From Eledone cirrhosa (lineage: Eukaryota), in NCBI GenBank assembly GCA_964016885.1, contig OZ024757.1, positions 20,150,001-20,214,000 of the forward strand: a stretch of 64,000 nt of DNA, read 5' to 3'. The translations under genes and the position numbers were made by a program. The notes beneath the pieces were generated by a model. It saw only the letters and a list, made by a program, of their open reading frames with translations, ran no database searches and was not told the DNA's origin. The stretch's first letter is position 1, and the number at the start of each line of letters is the position of its first letter. Below are positions 53,001 through 61,762 of the stretch, piece after piece.

Positions 53001-53685
53001 AGCCAGAACAGTTCTACAAATGAACGAATAACATGGCCAGGTGAGTCTTTCAGTTTTTACTTCTCTTTGTATAGAAGTTATGGTCACCAATGTAACTTGT
53101 GTTTCATTATTGGATCTCTTAGTTAATCATCATCATTGTCATCATCATTATTGTCAACAATTCAACAATTCATCAACATCATCATCATCACCATCGTCAT
53201 CACCATCATTGTCATCACCATCATCATCATCATCATCATCATCCTTAATATCATCATGATGATGCTGTTGATAATGATGGTGGTGTTGTTGTTGAAGTTG
53301 ATGGAGGTGGTGGAGGTGATACTGATGATGATGGCAATACTGGTGATGATGATGATGATGATGACAGTAGAGGTAGCAGTGGTGGTGGTGGTGGTGATGA
53401 TAGCAGCAGTAGAGGTAGCAGCAGCAGCAGTAGTAGTAGTAGTGTCAATGAGAGTTATTCCTCCTTATTTTATATTTATACCAGGTTTACCACTAAAAGA
53501 ATTTTATACCCAGTTGTCCCTGGAGTGTCCATTCGCTAAACCGACTTCAGTCGCTGTAACCACTCCCAAGTCTATTTTTCCGCATGAATCAACAATTACA
53601 GTCCGGAACAATACTTTCCAGGTAAAAAAAAAATATTTCATTGAATCAAACTATTAATATTCAACTTCTACATATGTATCCCAAT

Positions 53686-53733
<48 letters not shown>

Positions 53734-54090
53734 GTATATTTATAATATATATATATATATATATATTTATATTTATAATATATATATTATATATGTATAT
53801 TTATAATATATATATTATATATGTATATTTATAATATATATATTATATATGTATATTTATAATATATATATTATATATGTATATTTATAATATATATATT
53901 ATATATGTATATTTATAATATATATATTATATATGTATATTTATAATATATATATTATAATATATATATATATGTATATTTATAATATATATATATATAT
54001 ATTTATATTTATAATATATATATATATTTATAATATATATATATATATATTTATAATATATATATATATATTTATAATATATATATATAT

Positions 54091-54147
<57 letters not shown>

Positions 54148-54407
54148 ATATTTATAATATACATATATTATATATATATGTATATTTATAATATACATAT
54201 ATATATATGTATATTTATAATATATATATATATATATATAATATATGTATATTTATAATATACATATATAACATAATATATAATATACATATATATATAT
54301 AATATAATATATGTATATTTATAATATATATATAATATATATATATAATATATTAATATTTACAATAAATATATATATATATATATATATGTAATATATG
54401 TGTATTT

Positions 54408-54448
<41 letters not shown>

Positions 54449-55352
54449 CCAAAGATTAATATGGTTCATTGATGAGTCAATGAATATAGTTTTACAATAG
54501 ATTAAAAGCACTCTACAGTAAGTTTTCTCTCCTCCTCTCTTCTCTTCTATCTATCTCTCTCTCTCTCTTTTTCTTCCCTAACACGGATATTTACGCATTT
54601 AAATATTTATGTACGTATGTGTTTATTTATTTATTCTTACATTTCCTCATACTCACCCCCCTCCTTATACTTATATCTCGCTCCACATCCTCTTCATCAT
54701 ATTTAAGTTTATCAAGTTATTATTTGTGGTATATAAATATTGAGATTTGTTGTAATAAATCACTGCCAAGACTGGAATTCAACCACCAAGACAGTTGAGG
54801 TATGTCATACATCAATTCATGTATTTCATCTGATGAGGACGTACTGAAAAAACAGCACAGTACCTCCGAAATATATATAATAAAACATATATTTTGATTA
54901 TGTGAACGTCTTCATTTATTAATATTTAAAGTAAGACACTTTATTTCACATTGCTCCAGTTTACTCAGCTGTAGAAATGAGATGATAGGGACTGCGGTCC
55001 CTATCATTCCACTGTAAAGTGGACGTGTAGGCGCCACGGCAAAAAAGCACCCAGCACTCACTGTAAATGAGGTTGGTGTCAGGAAGGGCATCCAGCTGTA
55101 GAAATCAAGCCAGAATCAGTTCCCGTCTCACCCTTGCAAGCAGGGAAAAAGCGGACGTAAAATGAAATGATGATGATGATGATGATGATATATTTATAAT
55201 ATATGTATATATGTTATATATGTATATTATATGACAAGGGCGGTGCCCCAGCATGGCCTCAGCCGGATGGCTGAAACAGGTAAAAGAGTAAATATTTATC
55301 ATATATATATATATATATATGTGTGTGTATATAATATATATATATATTTATC

Positions 55353-55383
<31 letters not shown>

Positions 55384-56149
55384 ATAATGAAATATTGTGT
55401 ACAGTGCTCAGGTGCACTACAATTCATCAAAAAGTGTATGTATAGTACATAGGGTAATGTACAAACGTCAGGAAAATGAACAGTGTATGAGTCATGATAT
55501 ACACATGTGTGCATGTGTATGGAAGGGGTACATCAGGTGCAGTTTTGGCGTATTTCGGGAAGCATGAGTGTCTTAAAGGATGCAGTGTCTCGGCAGCTAA
55601 CAACTGACGCAGGCAGTTTGTTCCATGCTTCAGCAACTCTGAGCGTGAAAAAATGTTTACGAAAGTCATGGGAGCTGTGCTGTTTTCTGATTTTGTGTTA
55701 GACACATGGAGATCAAAAAGGTGCTCAGGTTTGTTGTTGGCGAGATGGTTAATAACTTTGTGGGTGTTTACCAAGTCCATTGCCAGACGTCGGAGCTTCA
55801 ATGAATCCATGCCCAAAGAAGCAAGGCGTTCAGAGTATGGTAGGTGTCTGATGGAGGGTATGCGCTTGGTTGCACGTCTCTGAACAGTTTCCAGGAGGTC
55901 AATGTTCTGAGCAAGATAGGGGTTCCAGACTGATGATGCGAATTCCAAGTGTGGTCGTACCATAGCTGTATACAGTTTTAAATGTGTGTGTATATAATAT
56001 ATATTTGTATATTCCAGAAATATAAGGAGCTCATAAAAGACAAACTGATAAGGTTACAAAAAGAGAAGGAGGATCGGTATGGACTTGAACAAAAGATGTG
56101 GATCTATTGGGAAACAAGTATTAAACATATACAAGACTTATACAAATAA
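21867..56149 (+). CDS. CCDC180: Coiled-coil domain-containing protein 180 (CFAP76)-like, C-terminal ~810 aa in 19 exons (5'-partial)
   Basis: Phase-consistent GT-AG exon chain with no internal stops. Motifs recalled from CCDC180 orthologues: ELSLHTHLHQPR, LFSERGNFCAEEI, IARWLTNVQVKIKSEV, FYRQKG..TRPQ, LEPNHGHP, TWPGLP, terminal W..SIKHIQDLYK. Not BLAST-confirmed. Confidence 0.85.
22107..23545. repeat. 98-bp minisatellite with variable 13-bp subrepeat CCAACTAGGGCAG, ~14 copies
   Basis: 98-bp spacing measured at 22621/22719/22817; fills most of the intron. Confidence 0.95.
23575..23656 (+). CDS. CCDC180: CCDC180-like exon (ICMNILNHLDLW...VEYK)
   Basis: ttctgcag / gtagga, phase 2 to 0. Confidence 0.85.
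24040..25818. mobile_element. piggyBac-like MITE fragments, one with an internal 72-bp tandem array (24824-25805, ~13 copies)
   Basis: Termini AAAGGGTTAA/AACGGGTTAA (TTAA-CCC ends) at about 24181, 24455 and 25818; array unit matches MITE interior at 50410-50490. Confidence 0.65.
25960..26053 (+). CDS. CCDC180: CCDC180-like exon (NEELDAELSLHTHLHQPR...DVRK)
   Basis: ccttacag / gttagc, phase 0 to 1. Confidence 0.9.
26070..26752. repeat. (CAC/CAT)n imperfect array
   Basis: Directly visible, starting just after the donor site. Confidence 0.95.
26859..27039 (+). CDS. CCDC180: CCDC180-like exon (ELTSHMKRIADHCQG...ISKSD)
   Basis: cactag / gtaagt, phase 1 to 2. Confidence 0.9.
27128..27648. repeat. 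Degenerate pyrimidine-rich 20-25-bp repeat (AATTTACATCTGTTTTTCCCT)
   Basis: Directly visible. Confidence 0.85.
27945..28091 (+). CDS. CCDC180: CCDC180-like exon (LVHLRNKL...NLVKTF)
   Basis: ctctccag / gtaagt, phase 2 to 2. Confidence 0.9.
29125..29662 (+). mobile_element. Three head-to-tail family-1 SINE copies (~178-bp unit)
   Basis: GGTAGAGGGTCGGACGCC recurs at 29131, 29310 and 29487. Confidence 0.9.
29779..29955 (+). CDS. CCDC180: CCDC180-like exon (LFSERGNFCAEEI...LTFED)
   Basis: tttccag / gtaatt, phase 2 to 2. Confidence 0.92.
29970..31230. repeat. (CAC/TAC)n imperfect array filling the intron
   Basis: Directly visible; includes a duplicated ~45-bp unique insert at about 30667 and 30805. 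Confidence 0.95.
31257..31440 (+). CDS. CCDC180: CCDC180-like exon (FKNHIFDLQFIETIARWLTNVQVKIK...SKKL)
   Basis: tttcag / gtaaac, phase 2 to 0. Confidence 0.92.
31853..31923 (-). ncRNA. Hammerhead ribozyme motif (type B), left arm of palindrome
   Basis: Minus strand TATTTTAT-CTGATGA-stem II-GAAA-TACGCA-TA-ATAAAATA. Confidence 0.75.
32072..32142 (+). ncRNA. Hammerhead ribozyme motif (type B), right arm of palindrome
   Basis: TATTTTAT-CTGATGA-stem II-GAAA-TGCGCA-TA-ATAAAATA; stem III is the perfect palindrome ATGCGCAT. Confidence 0.8.
32341..33358. mobile_element. Cluster of five family-1 SINE copies in mixed orientation
   Basis: 32341-32475(-), 32478-32590(+), 32592-32780(+), 32811-33005(-), 33280-33358(-). 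Confidence 0.85.
32961..33275. repeat. 45-bp tandem repeat of the SINE head, 7 copies
   Basis: Unit AGCATGGCGTCCGACCCTCTACCGATACTGCCAATCCACCGCCCT is the reverse complement of the SINE 5' end at 39233. Confidence 0.92.
33405..33507 (+). CDS. CCDC180: CCDC180-like exon (KYIQFEPT...TFKEP)
   Basis: (t)12 ag / gtaagt, phase 0 to 1. Confidence 0.8.
33514..34092. repeat. (CAT/CAC)n imperfect array
   Basis: Directly visible, immediately after the donor site. Confidence 0.95.
34420..35030. repeat. 80-bp minisatellite, 7-8 copies, containing a SINE-tail motif
   Basis: 80-bp period from 34501 to 34981; contains GGCTGGATGCCCTTCTTATCACCAAC, the reverse complement of the family-2 tail motif. Confidence 0.92.
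35458..35569 (+). CDS. CCDC180: CCDC180-like exon (ITKANSINIV...DDPSVVTVKSLL)
   Basis: Long pyrimidine tract + atcag / gtaaaa, phase 1 to 2. Confidence 0.85.
36250..36540 (+). mobile_element. Degraded RTE-type LINE 3' fragment
   Basis: Translates ..VRERRLCWYGHVMHMEDDRWVKKC..; ends in (TGA)n like the family-2 SINE tail. Confidence 0.75.
36885..37900 (+). mobile_element. CR1-like LINE 3' fragment with ~10 copies of the 61-bp unit (37108-37720)
   Basis: MDSMKLRRLAMDL..NTRGHAYKI..FRKHFFTLRVAEAWNKLP; ends in (ATT)n. Confidence 0.88.
37932..37960 (+). CDS. CCDC180: Tentative CCDC180-like micro-exon (SMKVLEYRQ)
   Basis: tttttacag / gtaatg, phase 2 to 1; keeps frame only together with 40062-40179. 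Confidence 0.5.
38158..38365 (-). mobile_element. Second copy of the (TA)n-flanked long-inverted-repeat element
   Basis: Perfect ~53-bp arms AACCAGTAAGACCCCGACGG..TCTAGA / TCTAGA..GGGGTCTTACTGGTT. Confidence 0.75.
38908..39425. mobile_element. Divergently oriented pair of family-1 SINEs
   Basis: 38908-39080(-) and 39233-39425(+). Confidence 0.85.
40062..40179 (+). CDS. CCDC180: Tentative CCDC180-like exon (RIDSLALDPP...RKHQT)
   Basis: ccaacag (alternative acceptor giving start 40098) / gtacgt, phase 1 to 2; no recognised motif. Confidence 0.45.
40564..40615 (+). ncRNA. Hammerhead ribozyme motif with a 4-bp closed stem III
   Basis: GGCTTTC-CTGATGA-CTTC CTTT GAAT-GAAA-CAC TTCTAGTC GTG-TA-GAAGCC; the base of stem II is mismatched. 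Confidence 0.65.
40825..40860 (-). ncRNA. Minimal hammerhead motif (type A) in a ~200-bp element (40741-40945)
   Basis: Minus strand TCTT-CTGATGA-A-GGACTAGCATCC-GAAACGTT-AAGA. Confidence 0.72.
41006..41262. mobile_element. Two-part LINE fragment (RTE-X/Proto2-like) with an internal inversion
   Basis: Minus 41006-41099 ITPDGMTEFFETLAGVLQGDTLAPYLFIIAVD abuts plus 41102-41260 HGYTGRGRPRLTYVDALRTDTGL..MRDRDHWRE..stop. Confidence 0.75.
41331..41481 (+). CDS. CCDC180: CCDC180-like exon (NFTKGKQRLF...IITIAD)
   Basis: ttatag / gtaagt, phase 2 to 0. Confidence 0.85.
41561..42258. repeat. (CAC/CAA)-rich imperfect array between two SINE heads
   Basis: Directly visible. Confidence 0.9.
42485..48090. 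repeat. 5.6-kb compound array TAGGTGTGAGCTGT(CA)n(TA)0-2, roughly 190 units
   Basis: Constant 14-bp core with a variable CA tract. Confidence 0.97.
48387..48531 (+). CDS. CCDC180: CCDC180-like exon (DFYRQKGGRHLTRPQ...TRCQD)
   Basis: tttcag / gtaagt, phase 0 to 1. Confidence 0.92.
49721..49881 (+). CDS. CCDC180: CCDC180-like exon (YNIQIQRFE...IKEQQ)
   Basis: attctag / gtaaga, phase 1 to 0. Confidence 0.9.
49892..50502. mobile_element. piggyBac-like MITE cluster occupying almost the whole intron
   Basis: TTAA-CCCTTTAGCATTTA ... TAAATGCTAAAGGG-TTAA termini; extra internal termini near 49988 and 50280. Confidence 0.7.
50525..50662 (+). CDS. CCDC180: CCDC180-like exon (ALNRKQLEPNHGHP...FDEMK)
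   Basis: cactag / gtaaac, phase 0 to 0. Confidence 0.9.
50686..51620 (-). repeat. 162-bp tandem array (6 units) derived from an RTE/BovB 3' end encoding a zinc finger
   Basis: Unit landmarks 50700, 50862, 51006, 51168, 51330, 51492; minus-strand unit reads YRCVECDRDCHSxIGLxxHRRCC; (CTTAG)3 tail at 50686-50700. Confidence 0.85.
51847..51952 (+). CDS. CCDC180: CCDC180-like exon (SDLVKHSISF...ESLMK)
   Basis: ctttacag / gtaaga, phase 0 to 1. Confidence 0.88.
52203..52538. repeat. 10-bp AT-rich repeat ACTATATTAW
   Basis: Directly visible. Confidence 0.92.
52954..53040 (+). CDS. CCDC180: CCDC180-like exon (DGNKPKV...RITWP)
   Basis: ttatctag / gtgagt, phase 1 to 1. Confidence 0.88.
53485..53621 (+). 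CDS. CCDC180: CCDC180-like exon (LPLKEFY...RNNTFQ)
   Basis: ataccag / gtaaaa, phase 1 to 0; joins to give TWPGLP. Confidence 0.88.
53690..54445. repeat. Compound (TA)n array with GTATATTTATAA interruptions
   Basis: Directly visible. Confidence 0.92.
54822..54886 (+). ncRNA. Hammerhead ribozyme motif (type C)
   Basis: TTTCAT-CTGATGA-GGA C GTACTG [11 nt] CAGTAC C TCC-GAAA-TATATA-TA-ATAAAA; palindromic stem III ATATATAT. Confidence 0.7.
55385..55980 (-). mobile_element. CR1-like LINE 3' fragment (no tandem expansion)
   Basis: MVRPHLEFASSVWNPY..LETVQRRATK..YSERLASLGMDSLKLRR is a typical CR1-group ORF2 C-terminus. Confidence 0.9.
56018..56149 (+). CDS. CCDC180: CCDC180-like terminal coding exon (KYKELIK...IQDLYK*)
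   Basis: attccag acceptor, phase 0; TAA at 56147-56149. Confidence 0.9.
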   Translation, partial: KYKELIKDKLIRLQKEKEDRYGLEQKMWIYWETSIKHIQDLYK

Positions 56150-56150
56150 A
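56145..56150 (+). promoter_or_regulatory. Candidate polyadenylation signal AATAAA overlapping the stop codon
   Basis: TACAAATAAA followed by T/GT-rich sequence. Confidence 0.4.
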
Positions 56151-56247
56151 CCTTTTTACTGTCCCTGATATCACCATTGTTTAGTTTTCTTATTCCTTCC
56201 TTCCCACTCAAGGATAAATATAGATTGTTTTCATGTATTATTGCACA

Positions 56248-56518
56248 TTGGTATGGTATGGAATCATATGGTATGGTATGGTGTGGTATGGTATGGTGGT
56301 GTGGTATGGTGGTGTGGTATGGTATAGTATGGTATGGTGTGGTGTGGTATAGTATGGTATGGTGTGGTATGGTATGGTATGATGTGGTAAGGTGTGGTGT
56401 GGTATGGTATGGTATGGTATAGTATGGTATGGTGTGGTGTGGTATAGTATGGTATGGTGTGGTATGGTATGGTATGGCATGATGTGGTAAGGTGTGGTGT
56501 GGTATGGTATGGTATGGT
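56248..56518. repeat. (TGGTR)n pentanucleotide array
   Basis: Directly visible. Confidence 0.92.
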
Positions 56519-56581
56519 GCCGTAACTCCCAAGGAATCATAGGAGGTGCCATATTGCATACCATGTTTCCAGGGCATTTTT

Positions 56582-59457
56582 TTAACCTGGTAGAGCCCAA
56601 CACCTCTCCTGGTCTAAATAGTTAACCTGGTGGAGCCCAACACCCCTCCTGGTCTAAATAGTTAACCTGGTGGAGCCCAACACCTGTCCTGGTCTAAATA
56701 TTTAACCTGGTAGAGCCCAACACCTGTCCTGGTCTAAATAGTTAACCTGGTGGAGCCCAACACCTCTCCTGGTCTAAATATTTAACCTGGTGGAGCCCAA
56801 CACCTCTCCTGGTCTAAATAGTTAACCTGGTGGAGCCCAACACCTGTCCTGGTCTAAATATTTAACCTGGTGGAGCCCAACACCTCTCCTGGTCTAAATA
56901 GTTAACCTGGTAGAGCCCAACACCTCTCCTGGTCTAAATAGTTAACCTGGTAGAGCCCAACACCTCTCCTGGTCTAAATAGTTAACCTGATGGAGCCCAA
57001 CACCTCTCCTGGTCTAAATATTTAACCTGGTAGAGCCCAACACCTGTCCTGGTCTAAATAGTTAACCTGGTGGAGCCCAACACCTCTCCTGGTCTAAATA
57101 GTTAACCTGGTAGAGCCCAACACCTGTCCTGGTCTAAATAGTTAACCTGGTGGAGCCCAACACCTCTCCTAGTCTAATATTTAAGCTGGTAGAGCCCAAC
57201 ACCCCTCCTGGTCTAAATATTTAACCTGGTGGAGCCCAACACCTCTCCTGGTCTAAATATTTAACCTGGTAGAGCCCAACACCTCTCCTGGTCTAAATAG
57301 TTAACCTGGTAGAGCCAAACACCTGTCCTGGTCTAAATAGTTAACCTGGTGGAGCCCAACACCTCTCCTGGTCTAAATATTTAACCTGGTAGAGCCCAAC
57401 ACCTCTCCTGGTCTAAATAGTTAACCTGGTAGAGCCCAACACCTGTCCTGGTCTAAATATTTAACCTGGTAGAGCCCAACACCTGTCCTGGTCTAAATAT
57501 TTAACCTGGTAGAGCCAAACACCTGTCCTGGTCTAAATAGTTAACCTGGTGGAGCCCAACACCTCTCCTGGTCTAAATATTTAACCTGGTAGAGCCCAAC
57601 ACCTGTCCTGGTCTAAATAGTTAACCTGGTGGAGCCCAACACCTCTCCTGGTCTAAATAGTTAACCTGGTAGAGCCCAACACCTGTCCTGGTCTAAATAG
57701 TTAACCTGGTAGAGCCCAACACCTGTCCTGGTCTAAATAGTTAACCTGGTGGATCCCAACACCTCTCCTGGTCTAAATATTTAACCTGGTGGAGCCCAAC
57801 ACCTCTCCTGGTCTAAATAGTTAACCTGGTGGAGCCCAACCTCTCCTGGTCTAAATATTTAACCTGGTAGAGCGCAGCACCTCTCCTGGTCTAAATATTT
57901 AACCTGGTAGAGCCCAACACCTGTCCTGGTTTAAATATTTAACCTGGTAGAGTCCAACACATCTCCTGGTCTACATATTTAACCTGCTAGAGCCCAACAC
58001 CTGTCCTGGTCTAAATATTTAACCTGGTAGAGCCCAACACCTCTCCTGGTCTAAATATTTAACCTGGTAGAGCCCAACACCTCTCCTGGTCTAAATAGTT
58101 AACCTGGTAGAGCCCAACACCTGTCCTGGTCTAAATATTTAACCTGGTAGAGCCCAACACCTCTCCTGGTCTAAATAGTTAACCTGGTAGAGCCCAACAC
58201 CTTTCCTGGTCTAAATATTTAACCTGATAGAGCCCAACTCCTGTCCTGGTCTAAATCGTTAACCTGGTGGAGCACAAGACCTCTCCTGGTCTAAATAGTT
58301 AACCTGGTAGAGCCCAACACCTCTCCTGGTCTAAATAGTTAACCTGGTAGAGCCCAACACCTCTCCTGGTCTAAATATTTAACCTGATAGAGCCCAACAC
58401 ATCTCCTGGTCTAAATAGTTAACCTGATAGAGCCCAACACCTCTCCTGGTCTAAATAGTTAACCTGGTAGAGCCCAACACATCTCCTGGTCTAAATAGTT
58501 AACCTGGTGGAGCACAACACCTCTCCTGGTCTAAATATTTAACCTGGTAGAGCCCAACACCTCTCCTGGTCTAAATAGTTAACCTGGTAGAGCCCAACAC
58601 ATCTCCTGGTCTAAATAGTTAACCTGGTGGAGCACAACACCTCTCCTGGTCTAAATATTTAACCTGGTAGAGCCCAACACCTCTCCTGGTCTAAATATTT
58701 AACCTGGTAGAGCCCAACACCTCTCCTGGTCTAAATAGTTAACCTGGTAGAGCCCAACACCTCTCCTGGTTTAAATAGTTAACCTGGTAGATCCCAACAC
58801 CTCTCCTGGTCTAAATATTTAACCTGGTAGAGCCCAACACCTGTCCTGGTCTAAATAGTTAACCTGGTGGAGCACAACACCTCTCCTGGTCTAAATAGTT
58901 AACCTGGTAGAGCCCAACACCTCTCCTGGTCTAAATAGTTAACCTGGTAGAGCCCAACACCTCTCCTGGTCTAAATAGTTAACCTGGTAGAGCCCAACAC
59001 CTCTCCTGGTCTAAATATTTAACCTGGTAGAGCCCAACACATCTCCTGGTCTAAATAGTTAACCTGGTAGAGCCCAACACATCTCCTGGTCTAAATAGTT
59101 AACCTGGTAGAGCCCAACACCTCTCCTGGTCTAAATAGTTAACCTGGTAGAGCCCAACACCTCTCCTGGTCTAAATAGTTAACCTGGTAGAGCCCAACAC
59201 ATCTCCTGGTCTAAATAGTTAACCTGGTGGAGCACAACACCTCTCCTGGTCTAAATATTTAACCTGGTAGAGCCCAACACCTCTCCTGGTCTAAATAGTT
59301 AACCTGGTAGAGCCCAACACCTGTCCTGGTCTAAATATTTAACCTGGTAGAGCCCAATACCTGTCCTGGTCTAAATAGTTAACCTAGTAGAGCCCAACAC
59401 CTCTCCTGGTCTAAATATTTAACCCGGTGGAGCCCAACACCTCTCCTGGTCTAAATA
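56582..59457. repeat. 40-bp minisatellite, ~72 copies
   Basis: Unit TTAACCTGGTRGAGCCCAACACCTSTCCTGGTCTAAATAK. Confidence 0.97.
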
Positions 59458-60531
59458 CAGTAGATTTCTTCCAGCGAAGGAGAGAGAGAGAGAGAATGGA
59501 ATTAAGAAAAAGATATAGAGGAAGAATCGACCCCAGTATTTGACTGGTACTTTTTTTTATATCAAACCTTGAATGTATTAACAGCAAAATTAACCTCAGC
59601 AAAGAACAGTGAGAGGAAGGAAATGAGAAAGAGTTATAGAGGAGAAATTGACCCCAATACGAAACTGGTACTTTATATCAACCTTGAATGTATTAACAGC
59701 AAAACTGACCTCAGCAAAGTACAGCGAGAAAAAGGAAGTGAAATAGAGATATAGAAGAGGAATCGATCTCAATAGTTGCCTGGTACTTTTTATCAACCTT
59801 GAATGTATTAACAGCAAAGGTCTGAATACAGCAGATTTCTTCCAGAGAATGTGTGAGAGAATGAGAGAAAGGATACCATTTCTTTCAAAAATATACACAA
59901 AAAGATCCACTTACCTGCCAGGTGATCAAGGGGTAATTTGAAACCTTGATCATGGTGTTGAGCTGTCATCCTCCTCACGATGATGTTATAGGAAAATATA
60001 TACATATATTTATACATACCGTATAAAGGTTGGATGGTCATGGCTGGCTTTCTGGATCTTGTAAAAGAAAATTTTTTTTTTTTTTTTTTGCATAAAAATG
60101 TGATTGGCGTTAGGAAGGGCATCCAGCCATAGAAACAAAGCTAGAAACAGTTCTGTTCTGTATGATCAAGATATGGTCATCTGATTTGACTTGTCTCACA
60201 AGAGGACAACCCATTTAACCCATGCTATATATATATATATATATATATAAACGTATCCAGCCATAGAAAACCTGCCAAACAGTCCTATACGAGCAAGACA
60301 ACCAATCTTGCCTCAAGTGGGACAATTCCCGTCTAAACCCATGCTAGCATGGAAGATAGACGTTAAATGATGACGATGATATGTATGTATGTATGTATGT
60401 ATGTAAAAGGTAAACAGAAATAACAACACAATCAGTATAGTATATAAAAGGAATTTAACACTCGAAATAACAAGATGGTCTTAACCGTTTTGAACACTAG
60501 TCCATCATCAGAAGAAATAATGAGAAATTAG

Positions 60532-60581
<50 letters not shown>

Positions 60582-60989
60582 TCTCAGGTCTTGAATAATC
60601 GTCCTCTACCCCACTTGTTAATTTTTCAGATAAAAAACGAAATTATTTTGTCATTAAGAGCGTCAGATAAAATGCTTTGCAGCATAGAGTTGTGTCCCTT
60701 TTCTGTCTGAGTTAAAATCCTGCCGAGTTTAGCTTTGCTTTGCCTTTCATCCTTCCGAGGTCGATAGAATAAAGTACCAGTAATGCATTGGGTATTTGCT
60801 GGCCTTGTGCCAAATTGCTGGCCTTGTGCCAAAAGTAGAAACCATTATTATGAAAGCAGGTATTATTAAAAATTGCAACAGACAAATTTAACACAAGTTT
60901 ATTTATTTTCACCACCAATTCTGTCTACCGGGGTCGTGGGGCGGCCAGCGCGTGAGACCCCATTTGTTCATAATAGTGAGAGGTGGTGA

Positions 60990-61172
60990 GGGCGAGAGAG
61001 ACGGAGGTGATGACAGTGGGAGTTTGGTTCCTCTGTGTTTGGACATGGTGCACATGAGAGATGGGGGAGGCGAGAGAGACGGAGGCGATGACAGTGGGAG
61101 TTTGGTTCCTGTGTTTGGACATGGTGTACATGAGAGATGGGGGGAGGCGAGAGAGACGGAGGCGATGACAGG
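60990..61172. repeat. ~77-bp direct repeat, ~2.3 copies
   Basis: GGCGAGAGAGACGGAGGYGATGACAG recurs three times. Confidence 0.8.
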
Positions 61173-61359
61173 GGCAACTATCAAGTATACATCCCTTATG
61201 ATTTGAACACATATGTATATATATATATATATATATGTGTATATATATATATATATATACAAGAGATGTCAACATGAATGGACCTGTTATTTTTATCTAA
61301 AGACATTTTTTCCAATTCCATCCCGCCCGTCCCCTCAATCTATTTTATTTCTCATTCTT

Positions 61360-61395
61360 TCTGCTGACGAAGGACTAGCGTCCGAAACGTTAAGA
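61360..61395 (+). ncRNA. Minimal hammerhead motif (type A) in element 61275-61480
   Basis: TCTG-CTGACGA-A-GGAC TAGC GTCC-GAAACGTT-AAGA; one stem I mismatch next to the core. Confidence 0.7.
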
Positions 61396-61762
61396 CCTTC
61401 CTGCTATATCAAGCGTTAACCTAATATATACCTTCCATATACAGTACCAGTTGTGTTGTTATTTCTGCTTACCTTTTACATATGTGTGCGTGTGCGCGCG
61501 CGTCGAACACGCTCCACCTGATGTGTTACATAAATGTAAATAAACGACGAAGTCCGGCTGAGCTGAGAGAAAAAAGTTGTCATTAGAAAATAAATTACGT
61601 GTGTGTGTGCAGGTATTTTAAAATACTGTTAAAGGGAGCTAACCAGAGTAGGTTGTATGTAGTCTAACAACTGTTTAGAGGGACACCACCAGCTTAAGTC
61701 TCCTTAAATCTAATAAAAACATGCATTAACAGTAATTGTATGAATTAGAAAATGTAGAGTAT

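Noticed and set aside
56582-59457. CRISPR-like or ribozyme-bearing satellite
   Set aside because: Contiguous 40-bp units with no unique spacers and no CTGAnGA/GAAA core on either strand.
59909-60050. U1 snRNA or pseudogene (ACTTACCTGCCAGG)
   Set aside because: Similarity stops after ~14 nt with no U1 stem-loop I/II loop sequences; equally explained as a minus-strand splice donor.
60479-60515. Functional type-A hammerhead on the minus strand
   Set aside because: Homologous to the other copies but the GAAA box reads AAAA and the stem III palindrome is disrupted; counted only as a dead copy.
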